From: Pseudodesulfovibrio piezophilus C1TLV30
GTDB taxonomy: Bacteria > Desulfobacterota > Desulfovibrionia > Desulfovibrionales > Desulfovibrionaceae
Assembly (NCBI RefSeq): GCF_000341895.1
Contig: NC_020409.1
Span: 30,001 to 62,000, forward strand
Direction: 5' to 3'
Length of the DNA: 32,000 bases
A program made the translations under genes and the position numbers. The notes under the pieces were generated by a model. The model ran no database searches, was not told where the DNA came from, and saw only the letters and a program-made list of their open reading frames with translations. This document shows, one piece after another, positions 24,437 to 32,000 of the stretch (positions are counted from its first letter, which is position 1; each line of letters starts with the position of its first letter).

Positions 24437-26623
24437 TTAGAGGAGCGCGTTGGTGATGTTGAAACCGAGGACAGCCAAGACAAAAGCAAGGGTTGTCGAA
24501 CCGATAACACTGTAGGATGCCCATTTCCAGCTGGACTCTCTGGCCATGGCGACGACTGTCACAAAGCAAGGAGCGTACAACATTGTAAAGATGATCAGTG
24601 CCACAGCCGAAGCCGTGGTGAATTCGGGATCTTTCACAAGCTGAACAGAGAGAGGTTCGACTTCTTCAGGATCAACTTCTCCGATGGAGTAGGCTGTGCC
24701 GAGGGTAGAGACGATGACTTCCTTGGCCGCAAAGCCACCTGTCAGAGCGATATTGGTACGCCAGTTAAATCCAGCAAGCTTGGAAATGGGTTCCAAGGCA
24801 GTTCCAATGGACCCTGCGATAGTTCCGCGAATTGCTTCTTCTGCTTCGAAGTTATCGATGTCGGTGATTTTGTCTTCGAGTTCAGCCACTGCTTCTTCCG
24901 GGGCATTGTCACCAAGAGCTTCGATTTGTGCAACTATTGGGGCGCGTTGAGCTTCAAAGCCAGCGGCTCGTTCTTCGGACATCTGCGGGAAGGTCATCAT
25001 GACCCATATCAAAATGGATATGCCGAGAATGATGGTACCGGCTTTCTTGATATATTCCCAGGAACGCTCCCATGTGTGAATCAGAACACCTCGGAAGGTT
25101 GGCATACGGTAAGGGGGAAGCTCCATGACGAATGGAGTGGCTTCACCTTTGATGACAGATGACCGGAGCATGCGTGCCACAATCAAGGCCATGCACCATG
25201 CACCCAGAGTGATCATCATCATGACAGAAGCTGCATTGGTCGGGAAGAACGCTGCTGTCAACATCAGGAAGACAGGCACCTTGGCACCACAAGTCATGTA
25301 TGGTGCAACGAAAATAGTGGCCAATTTTTCCTTTGGACTTCTCAGGGTTCTGGTAGCCATGACGCCTGGCACCGCACAACCTCCAGCAATACCGCCAGAG
25401 ACGATGAAGGGTAAAACTGATGTTCCATGAAGACCAAAAATCTTGAAGACCTTGTCAAGCATGTAGGCCATACGTGCAATGTAACCAGAGTCTTCCAGGA
25501 AGGAGATCATGAGGAACATGCACATAATAAGCGGAACAAATCCCATAACGCCGCCGACACCATCGATAATACCTGAGACGATCAGAGAACGCAGCAAGCC
25601 GTCGGGTAATAAATTGGTCGCGGTTTCGTTCGCCCATCCGAAAAAGTTTTCCACCCATCCCATGGGAATCTCACCCACGCTGAAAGTGACCTGATAAATT
25701 ACATAGATTATGGCAAGCATAATCAGTGGTCCAAGAACTGTATGCGTCAGGACCTTATCCATTTTGTCGGAACGGCTGATACGATCTTCGTTGTGGACTG
25801 GGTAGGAGACTACATCCTTGATAATTCCGGCAATAAATCCATAGCGATAGTCGGCGATAATAGCGTCCGGAGAAGCTTTTAAAGTCGTTTCTGTATGCTG
25901 ACCGACTTTTTTGGCCATCGCTTCCAGTTTATCCGACAGTGCGCGATTGGCCATCCGCCCCTTGACCATGACTTCTTCGTCACCTTCAAGGTATTTGATC
26001 CCTGTCCATCGTGCAGGAACTTTGCTGGTAAGAAAATTTTCCGCTTCAATGATTTTCATCATATCGTCGAGAACCGGGTCCAGGTCTGGACCATAGGAAA
26101 TATTCAAAGGATTCCACTGTCCTTTTCTTTCCTTGGAGAGCTTGAGCGCGGCAGAAAGCAGTGCATCCGTGCCTTTGCCTGAGCGGGCTACCGTTTCGAC
26201 AACTTCGCATCCGCTGAGTTGAGCCAGGCGTTGACTATTAATGCTTTTTCCACTGGATTTGACTTCATCCATCATGTTCAGCCCGAGTACCAGGGGCACA
26301 CCGAGTTCCATGATCTGCACAGCCAAGTAGAGGTTGCGTTCCAGGGCATCGGCGTTCAGTACATCAATAATGGCTTCTGGGCGTTCGTCGACCAGGAAAT
26401 TTCGAGCGACAATTTCTTCCTGTGTATACGCAGTCAGAGAGTAAGTTCCAGGGAGGTCAACGATTTCAAGAGAATCATTTCCGCTGTGAATGTAACCGAA
26501 TTTTTTGTCAACAGTGACCCCTGGCCAGTTGGCGACATGTTGCCGTGCGCCGGTAAGGGCATTAAAAGTCGTTGTTTTACCGCAGTTTGGATTGCCTGCG
26601 ATGCCGATTGTGTGCTGTGCCAT
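24437..26623 (-). CDS. feoB: Ferrous iron transport protein B
   Basis: The N-terminal G domain has motifs GNPNCGKTT (G1), DLPGTYS (G3) and NMMD (G4). It is followed by a large polytopic permease domain; 728 aa in total. Confidence 0.95.
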   Translation of the reverse strand: MAQHTIGIAGNPNCGKTTTFNALTGARQHVANWPGVTVDKKFGYIHSGNDSLEIVDLPGTYSLTAYTQEEIVARNFLVDERPEAIIDVLNADALERNLYLAVQIMELGVPLVLGLNMMDEVKSSGKSINSQRLAQLSGCEVVETVARSGKGTDALLSAALKLSKERKGQWNPLNISYGPDLDPVLDDMMKIIEAENFLTSKVPARWTGIKYLEGDEEVMVKGRMANRALSDKLEAMAKKVGQHTETTLKASPDAIIADYRYGFIAGIIKDVVSYPVHNEDRISRSDKMDKVLTHTVLGPLIMLAIIYVIYQVTFSVGEIPMGWVENFFGWANETATNLLPDGLLRSLIVSGIIDGVGGVMGFVPLIMCMFLMISFLEDSGYIARMAYMLDKVFKIFGLHGTSVLPFIVSGGIAGGCAVPGVMATRTLRSPKEKLATIFVAPYMTCGAKVPVFLMLTAAFFPTNAASVMMMITLGAWCMALIVARMLRSSVIKGEATPFVMELPPYRMPTFRGVLIHTWERSWEYIKKAGTIILGISILIWVMMTFPQMSEERAAGFEAQRAPIVAQIEALGDNAPEEAVAELEDKITDIDNFEAEEAIRGTIAGSIGTALEPISKLAGFNWRTNIALTGGFAAKEVIVSTLGTAYSIGEVDPEEVEPLSVQLVKDPEFTTASAVALIIFTMLYAPCFVTVVAMARESSWKWASYSVIGSTTLAFVLAVLGFNITNALL

Positions 26624-26626
26624 TGT

Positions 26627-26869
26627 TTACGCCTCCTGAGTCGATACGGTAATGTGGTCTGCTTCACTATTGCGAAGTGTCAGTGTGAAGTCCTTCAGTC
26701 GTAAGGCAACCGGGTCCTTGAGTGGAGCCCGGCCAATGACTTTGCACTCGGTCCCAGGGATAAGCCCCATGTCTCTGATCCGACGGCCGAGTTCTCCTCC
26801 GGCCATAACTGTGACGATTTTCAGCGTCTCATTTACTTTTGCTTCTCTCAAACAGATTTCTTTGCTCAT
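26627..26869 (-). CDS. feoA: Ferrous iron transport protein A
   Basis: 80-aa SH3-like FeoA sequence (GGELGRRIRDMGLIPGTECKVIGRAPLKDPVALRL). It ends 3 nt before the feoB start and has a GAGGA RBS. Confidence 0.85.
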   Translation of the reverse strand: MSKEICLREAKVNETLKIVTVMAGGELGRRIRDMGLIPGTECKVIGRAPLKDPVALRLKDFTLTLRNSEADHITVSTQEA

Positions 26870-26923
26870 TGGTGAGATCCTCTTACTTGGAGTTGAAATT
26901 CATTATCAACAGAAGTGCAAAAA

Positions 26924-27106
26924 TTATTTTGCACTTTCGCAACTGTGTGAATCCGGGGATGACTTGATGCTGGAACAACACCCGCTATCTCCGCATCCAG
27001 AACACCCGCAAGCAGATGATTTGCTAGAGAATTGCTTGTAAAGTCGCTTGCCTACAAAGAATGCCGCCAACAGGACGATGGCGCCGACGATAATAGAATC
27101 TAACAT
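26924..27106 (-). CDS. FeoB-associated Cys-rich small membrane protein
   Basis: The layout is one TM helix (IIVGAIVLLAAFFVG) followed by the Cys cluster ACGCSGCGDSGCC, which is typical of this family. I use the ATG at 27106 rather than the TTG at 27118. Confidence 0.7.
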   Translation of the reverse strand: MLDSIIVGAIVLLAAFFVGKRLYKQFSSKSSACGCSGCGDSGCCSSIKSSPDSHSCESAK

Positions 27107-27151
27107 TGAAACCCCCAAAAGATTAAAGCCATTTTTATGGCTGACGTACGA

Positions 27152-27180
27152 CTTTTAGTGATATTGAGAATCGATGTCAA
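27152..27180 (-). promoter_or_regulatory. Sigma70-type promoter of the feo operon with a Fur-box-like sequence in the spacer
   Basis: On the - strand it reads TTGACA (27180-27175), a 17-nt spacer, then TAAAAG (27157-27152). The spacer region tgatattgagaatcga (27159-27174) matches the GATAAT-hexamer Fur consensus at about 12 of 16 positions. A second GACAAT ATCATT pair sits at 27192-27203. Confidence 0.45.
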
Positions 27181-27212
27181 GTGACGATTGGGGACAATAT
27201 CATTTATTTATT

Positions 27213-27234
27213 GTGACAGAGATGATTTCTGTCA
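27213..27234. repeat. Inverted repeat TGACAGA-N8-TCTGTCA upstream of the REC-like/PilZ gene
   Basis: 7-bp perfect arms at 27213-27219 and 27228-27234 in the divergent intergenic region. It may be an operator, but that is untested. Confidence 0.3.
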
Positions 27235-27343
27235 GGGTTGGAGTAAAGGTGTTTTTCCAATCAGAAAAAAGGATCGTTCACCTTGCTTGTCAATATGGAG
27301 CATTTATGGTCCTATGCATCTCTGTTTTGGGAGGCTTGATACG

Positions 27344-28015
27344 TTGAAAACAAAGATTTTACTTATAGCTGAAGCGGGGTTGGCCCGAACGGCTTACATC
27401 AAAGTCCTTCAGGGTTTGGATGTTCAGGTGGACTGTATTTCTTCGCCGGATGGCATGACGGCTGCTCTTACATGCGTCGCATATAGCGGGCTACTTGTTG
27501 ATGTTCCCACCATGATTCGGTGTGATTGTGAAGATAAGAATAGAATCACCCGGATAATGGATCGGTTTCCTGTTCTGCGATTGATGTACAATCCTCATTT
27601 TGGAGGGATTCGTGGACTTGCGCAAGGGGGGACTCTTCGCGATAATAGGGATCTCGGTGAGTTTATTCTCGAAGAATGCGTTCCGTTTTATCCAAGGTCA
27701 ATACGAGTGGCGCCGAGAAAGGAAGTCATTCTTAATGTATTGCTTTTGGATACCATATGTGATGCCGCTTTGGCTGCAGAGCGAACAGTGACAGTCAATC
27801 TTTCAGAGCACGGATGTTTCATTTATTCTGTGAGTGACTGGCAATTACTGAGTTCAGCATGGATAGTTGTCAATGAATTTGAGGACAAAACTCCTATAGA
27901 GTTGAAAATACGCTGGTGCGGTCGCTGGGGAGAAGCTATGCGGATGCCGGGTATAGGAACGAGTTTTGAATCAATGACACCGCAGCAGTCTACGCAGCTT
28001 TTTTCATTACTATAA
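27344..28015 (+). CDS. Degenerate receiver (REC-like) domain fused to a C-terminal PilZ domain
   Basis: The PilZ motifs are RVAPRKE (RxxxR) and NLSEHGCF (NxSxxG). The N-terminal KILLIAEAG...GLLVDVP resembles REC but lacks the DD acidic pair. I prefer the TTG at 27344, with GGGAGG 9 nt upstream. The ATG at 27314 and the track start at 27188 are alternatives. Confidence 0.6.
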   Translation: MKTKILLIAEAGLARTAYIKVLQGLDVQVDCISSPDGMTAALTCVAYSGLLVDVPTMIRCDCEDKNRITRIMDRFPVLRLMYNPHFGGIRGLAQGGTLRDNRDLGEFILEECVPFYPRSIRVAPRKEVILNVLLLDTICDAALAAERTVTVNLSEHGCFIYSVSDWQLLSSAWIVVNEFEDKTPIELKIRWCGRWGEAMRMPGIGTSFESMTPQQSTQLFSLL

Positions 28016-28039
28016 GTATTTTTTTAAGGATTTGTAACG

Positions 28040-28243
28040 ATGAATGACGACTCAAAAGAGTTCATGGCGTGGATTGATGCTTTGGCAAAGGGCATTATAG
28101 CCGGGTGTGCTCTTGGATATTTTTTCAGCTTTACGGAGTTGATTCCGGCTACCAAAGCTGTTGTTCTTGGCGGATTAGCCGGATGTCTTGCCTCTATTAC
28201 GTATAAAAACAGGCGTGATGACAGGAAAGATAAGAACAAGTAG
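28040..28243 (+). CDS. Hypothetical small membrane protein (two TM helices, basic C-terminus)
   Basis: 67 aa with the hydrophobic segments GIIAGCALGYFFSF and AVVLGGLAGCLASITY and the tail KNRRDDRKDKNK. AAGGA lies upstream. A competing antisense ORF starts only at a TTG. Confidence 0.45.
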   Translation: MNDDSKEFMAWIDALAKGIIAGCALGYFFSFTELIPATKAVVLGGLAGCLASITYKNRRDDRKDKNK

Positions 28244-28244
28244 T

Positions 28245-29294
28245 CTATGTTTTTTTTTGCAAGCCAAATTTGAGTATTCGTAAGGCCTCGTCAAGAATAT
28301 CGTCTGGATAGAATTCTTCCAGACATTCACGTGTGCCGAATCGACAACTGTTCTTGTTGCAAGGATAGCAGGGAAGTTTTTTTGTAGCACTTACATGCTC
28401 TTCAGAAGGGAAGCCCCAGCCTGTCCCTGTTGCGCCTTGGATGATCAGTGATGGAGTATCAACTGCCACGGCAAAGTGTCTGGGTGCAGAGCAGTTCCCT
28501 AGGTGCATGGAAGCGCGTTCCTGTATCGCGGCCATTTCTCGCAGTGAGAGCATGGAGTTCGTTGCAAAAGCTCTTTTGCCCGCTTGGGCTGCGACTTTTT
28601 CTGCAAGCTCTTTTTCTCCCGGACCGTAGAGGATGACAGCATGGAGGCTTGGATGATGTTTTTTCAGCAGTCGAATAAGTTCTGCAAAATGACGGCTTGG
28701 CCAGCGTCTGGTTTCGCGGCGGTGACTTGGGTCAACCGTTATGAATAAAGAGTTTTTGATTCCACTGTGCTCAAGAAAATCAGTGGCAAAAGTGCGCTCT
28801 TTGTCAGTTAACCATAGCTCTGGTTTTTCTCCATTCCATTCAATATCAAGTGGTTTGAGTACACTGGCTTTGCATTTGGCCGCATATCCGTATTCCATAT
28901 CCACCCAATGAGTATAGGTTGGTTTGTTGTACCATGGAGGAGTATATGTCAGTTTGACAGGCGCATTTGAAAAACGGGTAACCCATTTGCATCGGGGAAG
29001 CTGTTGAAAATCAACAATGAGGTCGTAGTTTCCTCTTCCAACGTGGGCATAATAGGCGAGAGCTTTGATCGGATTTTTCAAAGCAGCCTTATCGATTGAT
29101 TTGATGGCAGCGATTCTGGGATTGTTTTCCAGAACCGGAACACATTTTTTTTCTGTCAAAACATCAATCTGTGCATCTGGGTAGCGTTCTGCCAACAGCC
29201 GAATAGATGGCGTCGAAAGCAGCACATCTCCAATCTGCCGTAACTGGCACACGAGAATTCGCTTCGGGGTATATGTTGTTAAATTGGGTTTCAT
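28245..29294 (-). CDS. Glycosyltransferase family 9 (heptosyltransferase-like)
   Basis: The GT9 signature is RILVCQLRQIGDVLLSTPSI, with a C-terminal Cys motif LPCYPCNKNSCRFGTRECL; 349 aa. Confidence 0.8.
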   Translation of the reverse strand: MKPNLTTYTPKRILVCQLRQIGDVLLSTPSIRLLAERYPDAQIDVLTEKKCVPVLENNPRIAAIKSIDKAALKNPIKALAYYAHVGRGNYDLIVDFQQLPRCKWVTRFSNAPVKLTYTPPWYNKPTYTHWVDMEYGYAAKCKASVLKPLDIEWNGEKPELWLTDKERTFATDFLEHSGIKNSLFITVDPSHRRETRRWPSRHFAELIRLLKKHHPSLHAVILYGPGEKELAEKVAAQAGKRAFATNSMLSLREMAAIQERASMHLGNCSAPRHFAVAVDTPSLIIQGATGTGWGFPSEEHVSATKKLPCYPCNKNSCRFGTRECLEEFYPDDILDEALRILKFGLQKKT

Positions 29295-29389
29295 ATTGTT
29301 TGAAATTTTTGTGTTGGCTGTGATTTTTTTTGAGTATTTTTATATAGAATAAGCACTAACTAGTAGCTGATAAGTTGGAATCTCTATTT

Positions 29390-29651
29390 TGAGGGGAGTT
29401 GCTTCCCAAGAATAGAAGTAAAAAGTATCAAGCTAATATTGAAAAGTACTTAATAGTTTGATATTGTTGGAAATAATGTGCAATATCGGCAATTCAATAG
29501 TTGCCAGTGGTAGCGATGACGGTTCGAAAAGATTGGTTTCGAGAGCAGCTTCAATAGAGTATCCACTGATAGGTTTACCACAGAAATTTCGGGTATTTTT
29601 TTGAGGGATACGCTTGCTCCCGCCTCGGGCTGGTATGATCGCTATATTCAT
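29390..29651 (-). pseudogene. pseF: Decayed 5' remnant of a pseF/neuA-type CMP-sugar cytidylyltransferase gene
   Basis: The first ~45 codons are family-typical: MNIAIIPARGGSKRIPQKN...GKPISGYSIEAALETNLFE. Homology then continues only in another reading frame (VIATTGNY, in-frame TGA, IADIAHYF) and stops. The rest of the gene is absent. The ATGA overlap with the pseC stop is retained. Confidence 0.6.
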
Positions 29652-30763
29652 GCCAGCTCCAGAACAGTGTCTGCGACATAATGCATCTCTTCATCAGTAA
29701 GCGATGGGAACATGGGCAGAGAAAGAATTTCCTGGTATGCTGCCTCGGCAACCGGGCACAAGCCTTCGAATGTCCCGAGGTTTTCTTTGTAATATGGGTG
29801 CAGGTGAACAGGAATATAGTGAACTTGAGCGAAAATGCCTTTGTTGCGAAGTTGTTCGTATACCGTGTCCCGATTTTGTAAGCGGACAACGTAGAGATGG
29901 TATGCATGTTCAGCCATTGCGTGAACTGTGAGGGGGCGAACTGTACTCTTGGTGAATTGGTGATCGTAGAATGTTGCTATTTCGCGGCGTCTCTCAAGAA
30001 AATTCGGCAATTTTTTCATCTGGCTAATGCCAAGCGCTGCCTGAATATCTGTCAGTCTGTAATTATACCCAAGTTCCTGCATCTCATAATACCACGCTCC
30101 GGTCTTTTCCCGCGCCCGGGCGTCGGTGGTGATGCCGTGATTGCGAAATATTCTGAGTTTCTCTGCCAACTGCTTGGAGTTGGTAAGAATCATGCCTCCT
30201 TCACCTGTTGCAACATGTTTGACCGGGTGAAAAGAAAAGACAGTCATGTCGGCCATTGTTCCAACTTTTTTCCCATTCCAGCGTGCCCCCAGTGCATGGC
30301 ACCCATCCGCAACCAGTGGAAGGTTGTACTTGAGGGCAAGGCTGTGCAACTGATCCCAATCACACGGCTGTCCTGCATAGTCGACTGCAATGATCGCCTT
30401 GGTTTTATCGGTGATCTTTTCTTCAATCCTTGAAGGATCGATTAGGAGGGTTCCTTCTTCAACGTCAGCGAAAACCGGCGTTGCCCCTCGGTAAAGCACA
30501 CAGTTTGCTGAAGCTGCGAACGTCATCGGAGGAACGATGATTTCATCTCCTGGTTGGATATCAAGTGCAGCCAGAGTCGCATGGAGCGCAGCCGTTCCAT
30601 TGGATACCGCCACTCCGTGCGTTGCTCCACAAAAGGAGGCAACGGAATTTTCAAATTCAGTGATTTTGGGGCCAGTCGTCAAGTAATCGGAACAGAGTGT
30701 TTCTGTGACGGCCTTGATATCATTATCATCGATGCATTGTCTTCCGTATGGAATTTTTGGCAT
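29648..30763 (-). CDS. pseC: UDP-4-amino-4,6-dideoxy-N-acetyl-beta-L-altrosamine transaminase (DegT/DnrJ/EryC1 family)
   Basis: The N-terminus IPYGRQCIDDNDIKAVTETLCSDYLTTGPKITEFE is typical of PseC. The PLP-Lys context is FSFHPVKHVATGEGG. The gene is adjacent to pseB. Confidence 0.85.
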   Translation of the reverse strand: MPKIPYGRQCIDDNDIKAVTETLCSDYLTTGPKITEFENSVASFCGATHGVAVSNGTAALHATLAALDIQPGDEIIVPPMTFAASANCVLYRGATPVFADVEEGTLLIDPSRIEEKITDKTKAIIAVDYAGQPCDWDQLHSLALKYNLPLVADGCHALGARWNGKKVGTMADMTVFSFHPVKHVATGEGGMILTNSKQLAEKLRIFRNHGITTDARAREKTGAWYYEMQELGYNYRLTDIQAALGISQMKKLPNFLERRREIATFYDHQFTKSTVRPLTVHAMAEHAYHLYVVRLQNRDTVYEQLRNKGIFAQVHYIPVHLHPYYKENLGTFEGLCPVAEAAYQEILSLPMFPSLTDEEMHYVADTVLELA

Positions 30764-30767
30764 GGGA

Positions 30768-31754
30768 TTATAGTTTGTACCCTTGCTTGACTAATGTCTC
30801 ACGGAGCTTTTCAACAGATATCCAGTCAGCATTGGTGTCTGAATTATAAGCAAAACCTTCTGGAACCGGTTTGGTATTGCTCAGGTCTCCCTTGTATGTC
30901 ATGACGCCGGTTTCCGGGAGAATGGTGTATCCGTATTCAGTCTCGACTACATTGCGGGATTCTTCAGCGGGAATCATGCATTCATGGAGTTTTTCACCCG
31001 GTCTGATACCAATGACAGTTTGCTCGCACTCCGGAGCTATGGCTGTTGCCATGTCTGTGATTTTCATGCTTGGTATCTTGGGAACATAAATTTCTCCGCC
31101 AGCAGAGTGCTCTATGGCACGGAAGACCATTTCAACCGCCTCTTCGAGAATAATCCAGAATCGAGTCATCCGGTCGTCCGTAATCGGAAGTACGCCTTCT
31201 GTGCGTTTTTTCATGAAAAAGGGAACCACGCTCCCTCGGCTTCCTAGGACATTACCATATCTGACAACCGAGTACCTTGGGCCAACAGCAAATGCATTCG
31301 CAGCGATAAAGAGTTTGTCAGACGCGAGTTTTGTAGCCCCGTAGAGATTGACTGGCGCAACAGCTTTGTCGGTTGAGAGAGCGACAACGCATTCAACCTG
31401 AAGGTCCGCGGCGACATTGATGAGGTTTTGAGCGCCATAAATATTGGTCTTAATCGCTTCAGTCGGGTTGTATTCAGAGGCCGGGACTTGTTTCATGGCT
31501 GCAGCATGGACAATGACATCAACACCTTTGCACGCTCTATACAATCTTTCCTTGTCCCGGACGTCGCCAATAAAATACCGTATGGAAGGGTATTTGTCGG
31601 CAGAAAAATCCTGTGCCATTTCGAACTGTTTGAGTTCATCACGACTGAAAATGATAAGTTTTTTGGGATTATATTTTTCAAGCACCATCTCGACAAACTT
31701 CTTGCCGAACGATCCGGTGCCGCCTGTAATCAATATGGTTTTGCCATCAAGCAT
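30768..31754 (-). CDS. pseB: UDP-N-acetylglucosamine 4,6-dehydratase (inverting)
   Basis: MLDGKTILITGGTGSFGKKF (Rossmann), IRYFIGDVRD, YGATKLASDKLF (YxxxK) and VRYGNVLGSRGSV are typical of PseB/FlaA1. The ATG at 31754 has AGGAAA 6 nt upstream. The track start at 31829 adds 25 atypical residues. Confidence 0.9.
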   Translation of the reverse strand: MLDGKTILITGGTGSFGKKFVEMVLEKYNPKKLIIFSRDELKQFEMAQDFSADKYPSIRYFIGDVRDKERLYRACKGVDVIVHAAAMKQVPASEYNPTEAIKTNIYGAQNLINVAADLQVECVVALSTDKAVAPVNLYGATKLASDKLFIAANAFAVGPRYSVVRYGNVLGSRGSVVPFFMKKRTEGVLPITDDRMTRFWIILEEAVEMVFRAIEHSAGGEIYVPKIPSMKITDMATAIAPECEQTVIGIRPGEKLHECMIPAEESRNVVETEYGYTILPETGVMTYKGDLSNTKPVPEGFAYNSDTNADWISVEKLRETLVKQGYKL

Positions 31755-31909
31755 CAATATTTCCTGTTCGTGAAAAGATAATGGGAGCTCTTGAGGTGTT
31801 TCAAGCCCAGATGCCAAGAAATTCAGCATCCCAAATCAGTGAGATACTAATAGACGATGTTGGCATGCTGTCAAGGGATCATCGGACCTGCTCCGGGGCA
31901 GCACTATTG

Positions 31910-31953
31910 AAAAAAACCAAATACAACTGAAATTCGTTGTATTTGGTTTTTTT
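31910..31953. terminator. AT-rich bidirectional terminator-like hairpin upstream of pseB
   Basis: aaaaaaaccaaatacaac / gttgtatttggttttttt forms an 18-bp perfect inverted repeat with an 8-nt loop. The A-tract and T-tract flanks let it read as a terminator on both strands. Confidence 0.6.
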
Positions 31954-32000
31954 CAAAGTGGCATTGGAAACACACTCCCCAATGGGATCGTGTATCATTT

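Noticed and set aside
24413-25162. 249-aa + strand ORF antisense to feoB, along with other antisense ORFs at 25125-25430, 25895-26182 and 26219-26704
   Set aside because: feoB on the - strand is unambiguous across the whole region. The antisense products are Cys/His/Gly/Arg-rich with no motifs.
28024-28239. 71-aa - strand ORF overlapping the small membrane protein gene
   Set aside because: It starts only at a TTG without an RBS. The + strand ORF has an ATG, an AAGGA RBS and a coherent two-TM pattern.
29515-29535. ggttcgaa motif reminiscent of a tRNA T-arm
   Set aside because: No acceptor, D or anticodon stems can be drawn around it. It lies inside the pseF remnant coding sequence.
29897-30433. 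178-aa + strand ORF inside pseC, and the 110-aa - strand ORF at 29575-29907 in another frame
   Set aside because: Both overlap the well-supported pseC reading frame and have no recognisable motifs.
1-32000. Search for CRISPR arrays, IS elements, integrases, prophage genes or known defence-system genes
   Set aside because: I found no regularly spaced direct repeats and no transposase, integrase or recombinase-like ORF. I also found no nuclease, helicase or methylase combinations. The only nucleotidyltransferase is the DUF294 type, in a transporter context.

Overview
The window is 32 kb of densely packed, chromosomal-looking DNA with about 33 protein-coding genes. I recognised no rRNA, tRNA, CRISPR array, transposase, integrase or phage gene. 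The gene content suggests an anaerobic Desulfovibrio-like (Desulfobacterota) genome, but that is inference only. The pointers are an archaeal-type aroA', FeoAB with the FeoB-associated Cys-rich peptide, and several PilZ, CheY and Hpt single-domain proteins.

Gene order, left to right:
- aminotransferase, CoA-disulfide-reductase/rhodanese fusion, orphan CheY (+)
- five-gene Dpp/Opp-type ABC importer (-)
- small lipoprotein (+)
- 850-aa radical SAM fusion (TIGR03960 plus DUF2344 type) and a 116-aa Gly-tailed protein (-)
- Na+/solute symporter with its DUF4212 small subunit (-), divergent from a DUF294 nucleotidyltransferase (+)
- extended GT9 glycosyltransferase plus two uncharacterised small proteins (+)
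- mltC plus a membrane-anchored YcgR-like PilZ protein (-)
- Hpt singleton (+)
- aroA' (-), ridA, a GTPase-less FeoB-type Gate-domain protein, then feoB, feoA and a Cys-rich peptide (-)
- degenerate-REC/PilZ protein plus a small membrane protein (+)
- second GT9, a decayed pseF remnant, pseC and pseB (-)

The most interesting signal I can support directly from the sequence is a classical-looking leader-peptide attenuator in front of aroA'. It has a 25-codon ORF (MHKNTARFFFFFSFYFRNTCGLGVH), an antiterminator/terminator alternative and a U8 tract.

Secondary items:
- an uncharacterised three-gene module (GT9 fusion, acidic beta-grasp-like protein, coiled-coil protein) next to c-di-GMP and cell-wall genes
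- a four-fold CGGTNAACGG / (P/S)VNG repeat at the 5' end of the DUF294 gene
- a Fur-box-like sequence in the spacer of a feo promoter
- a 63-bp near-perfect palindrome
- a truncated pseudaminic-acid cluster

All functional calls come from motif recognition by eye. No database search was run.
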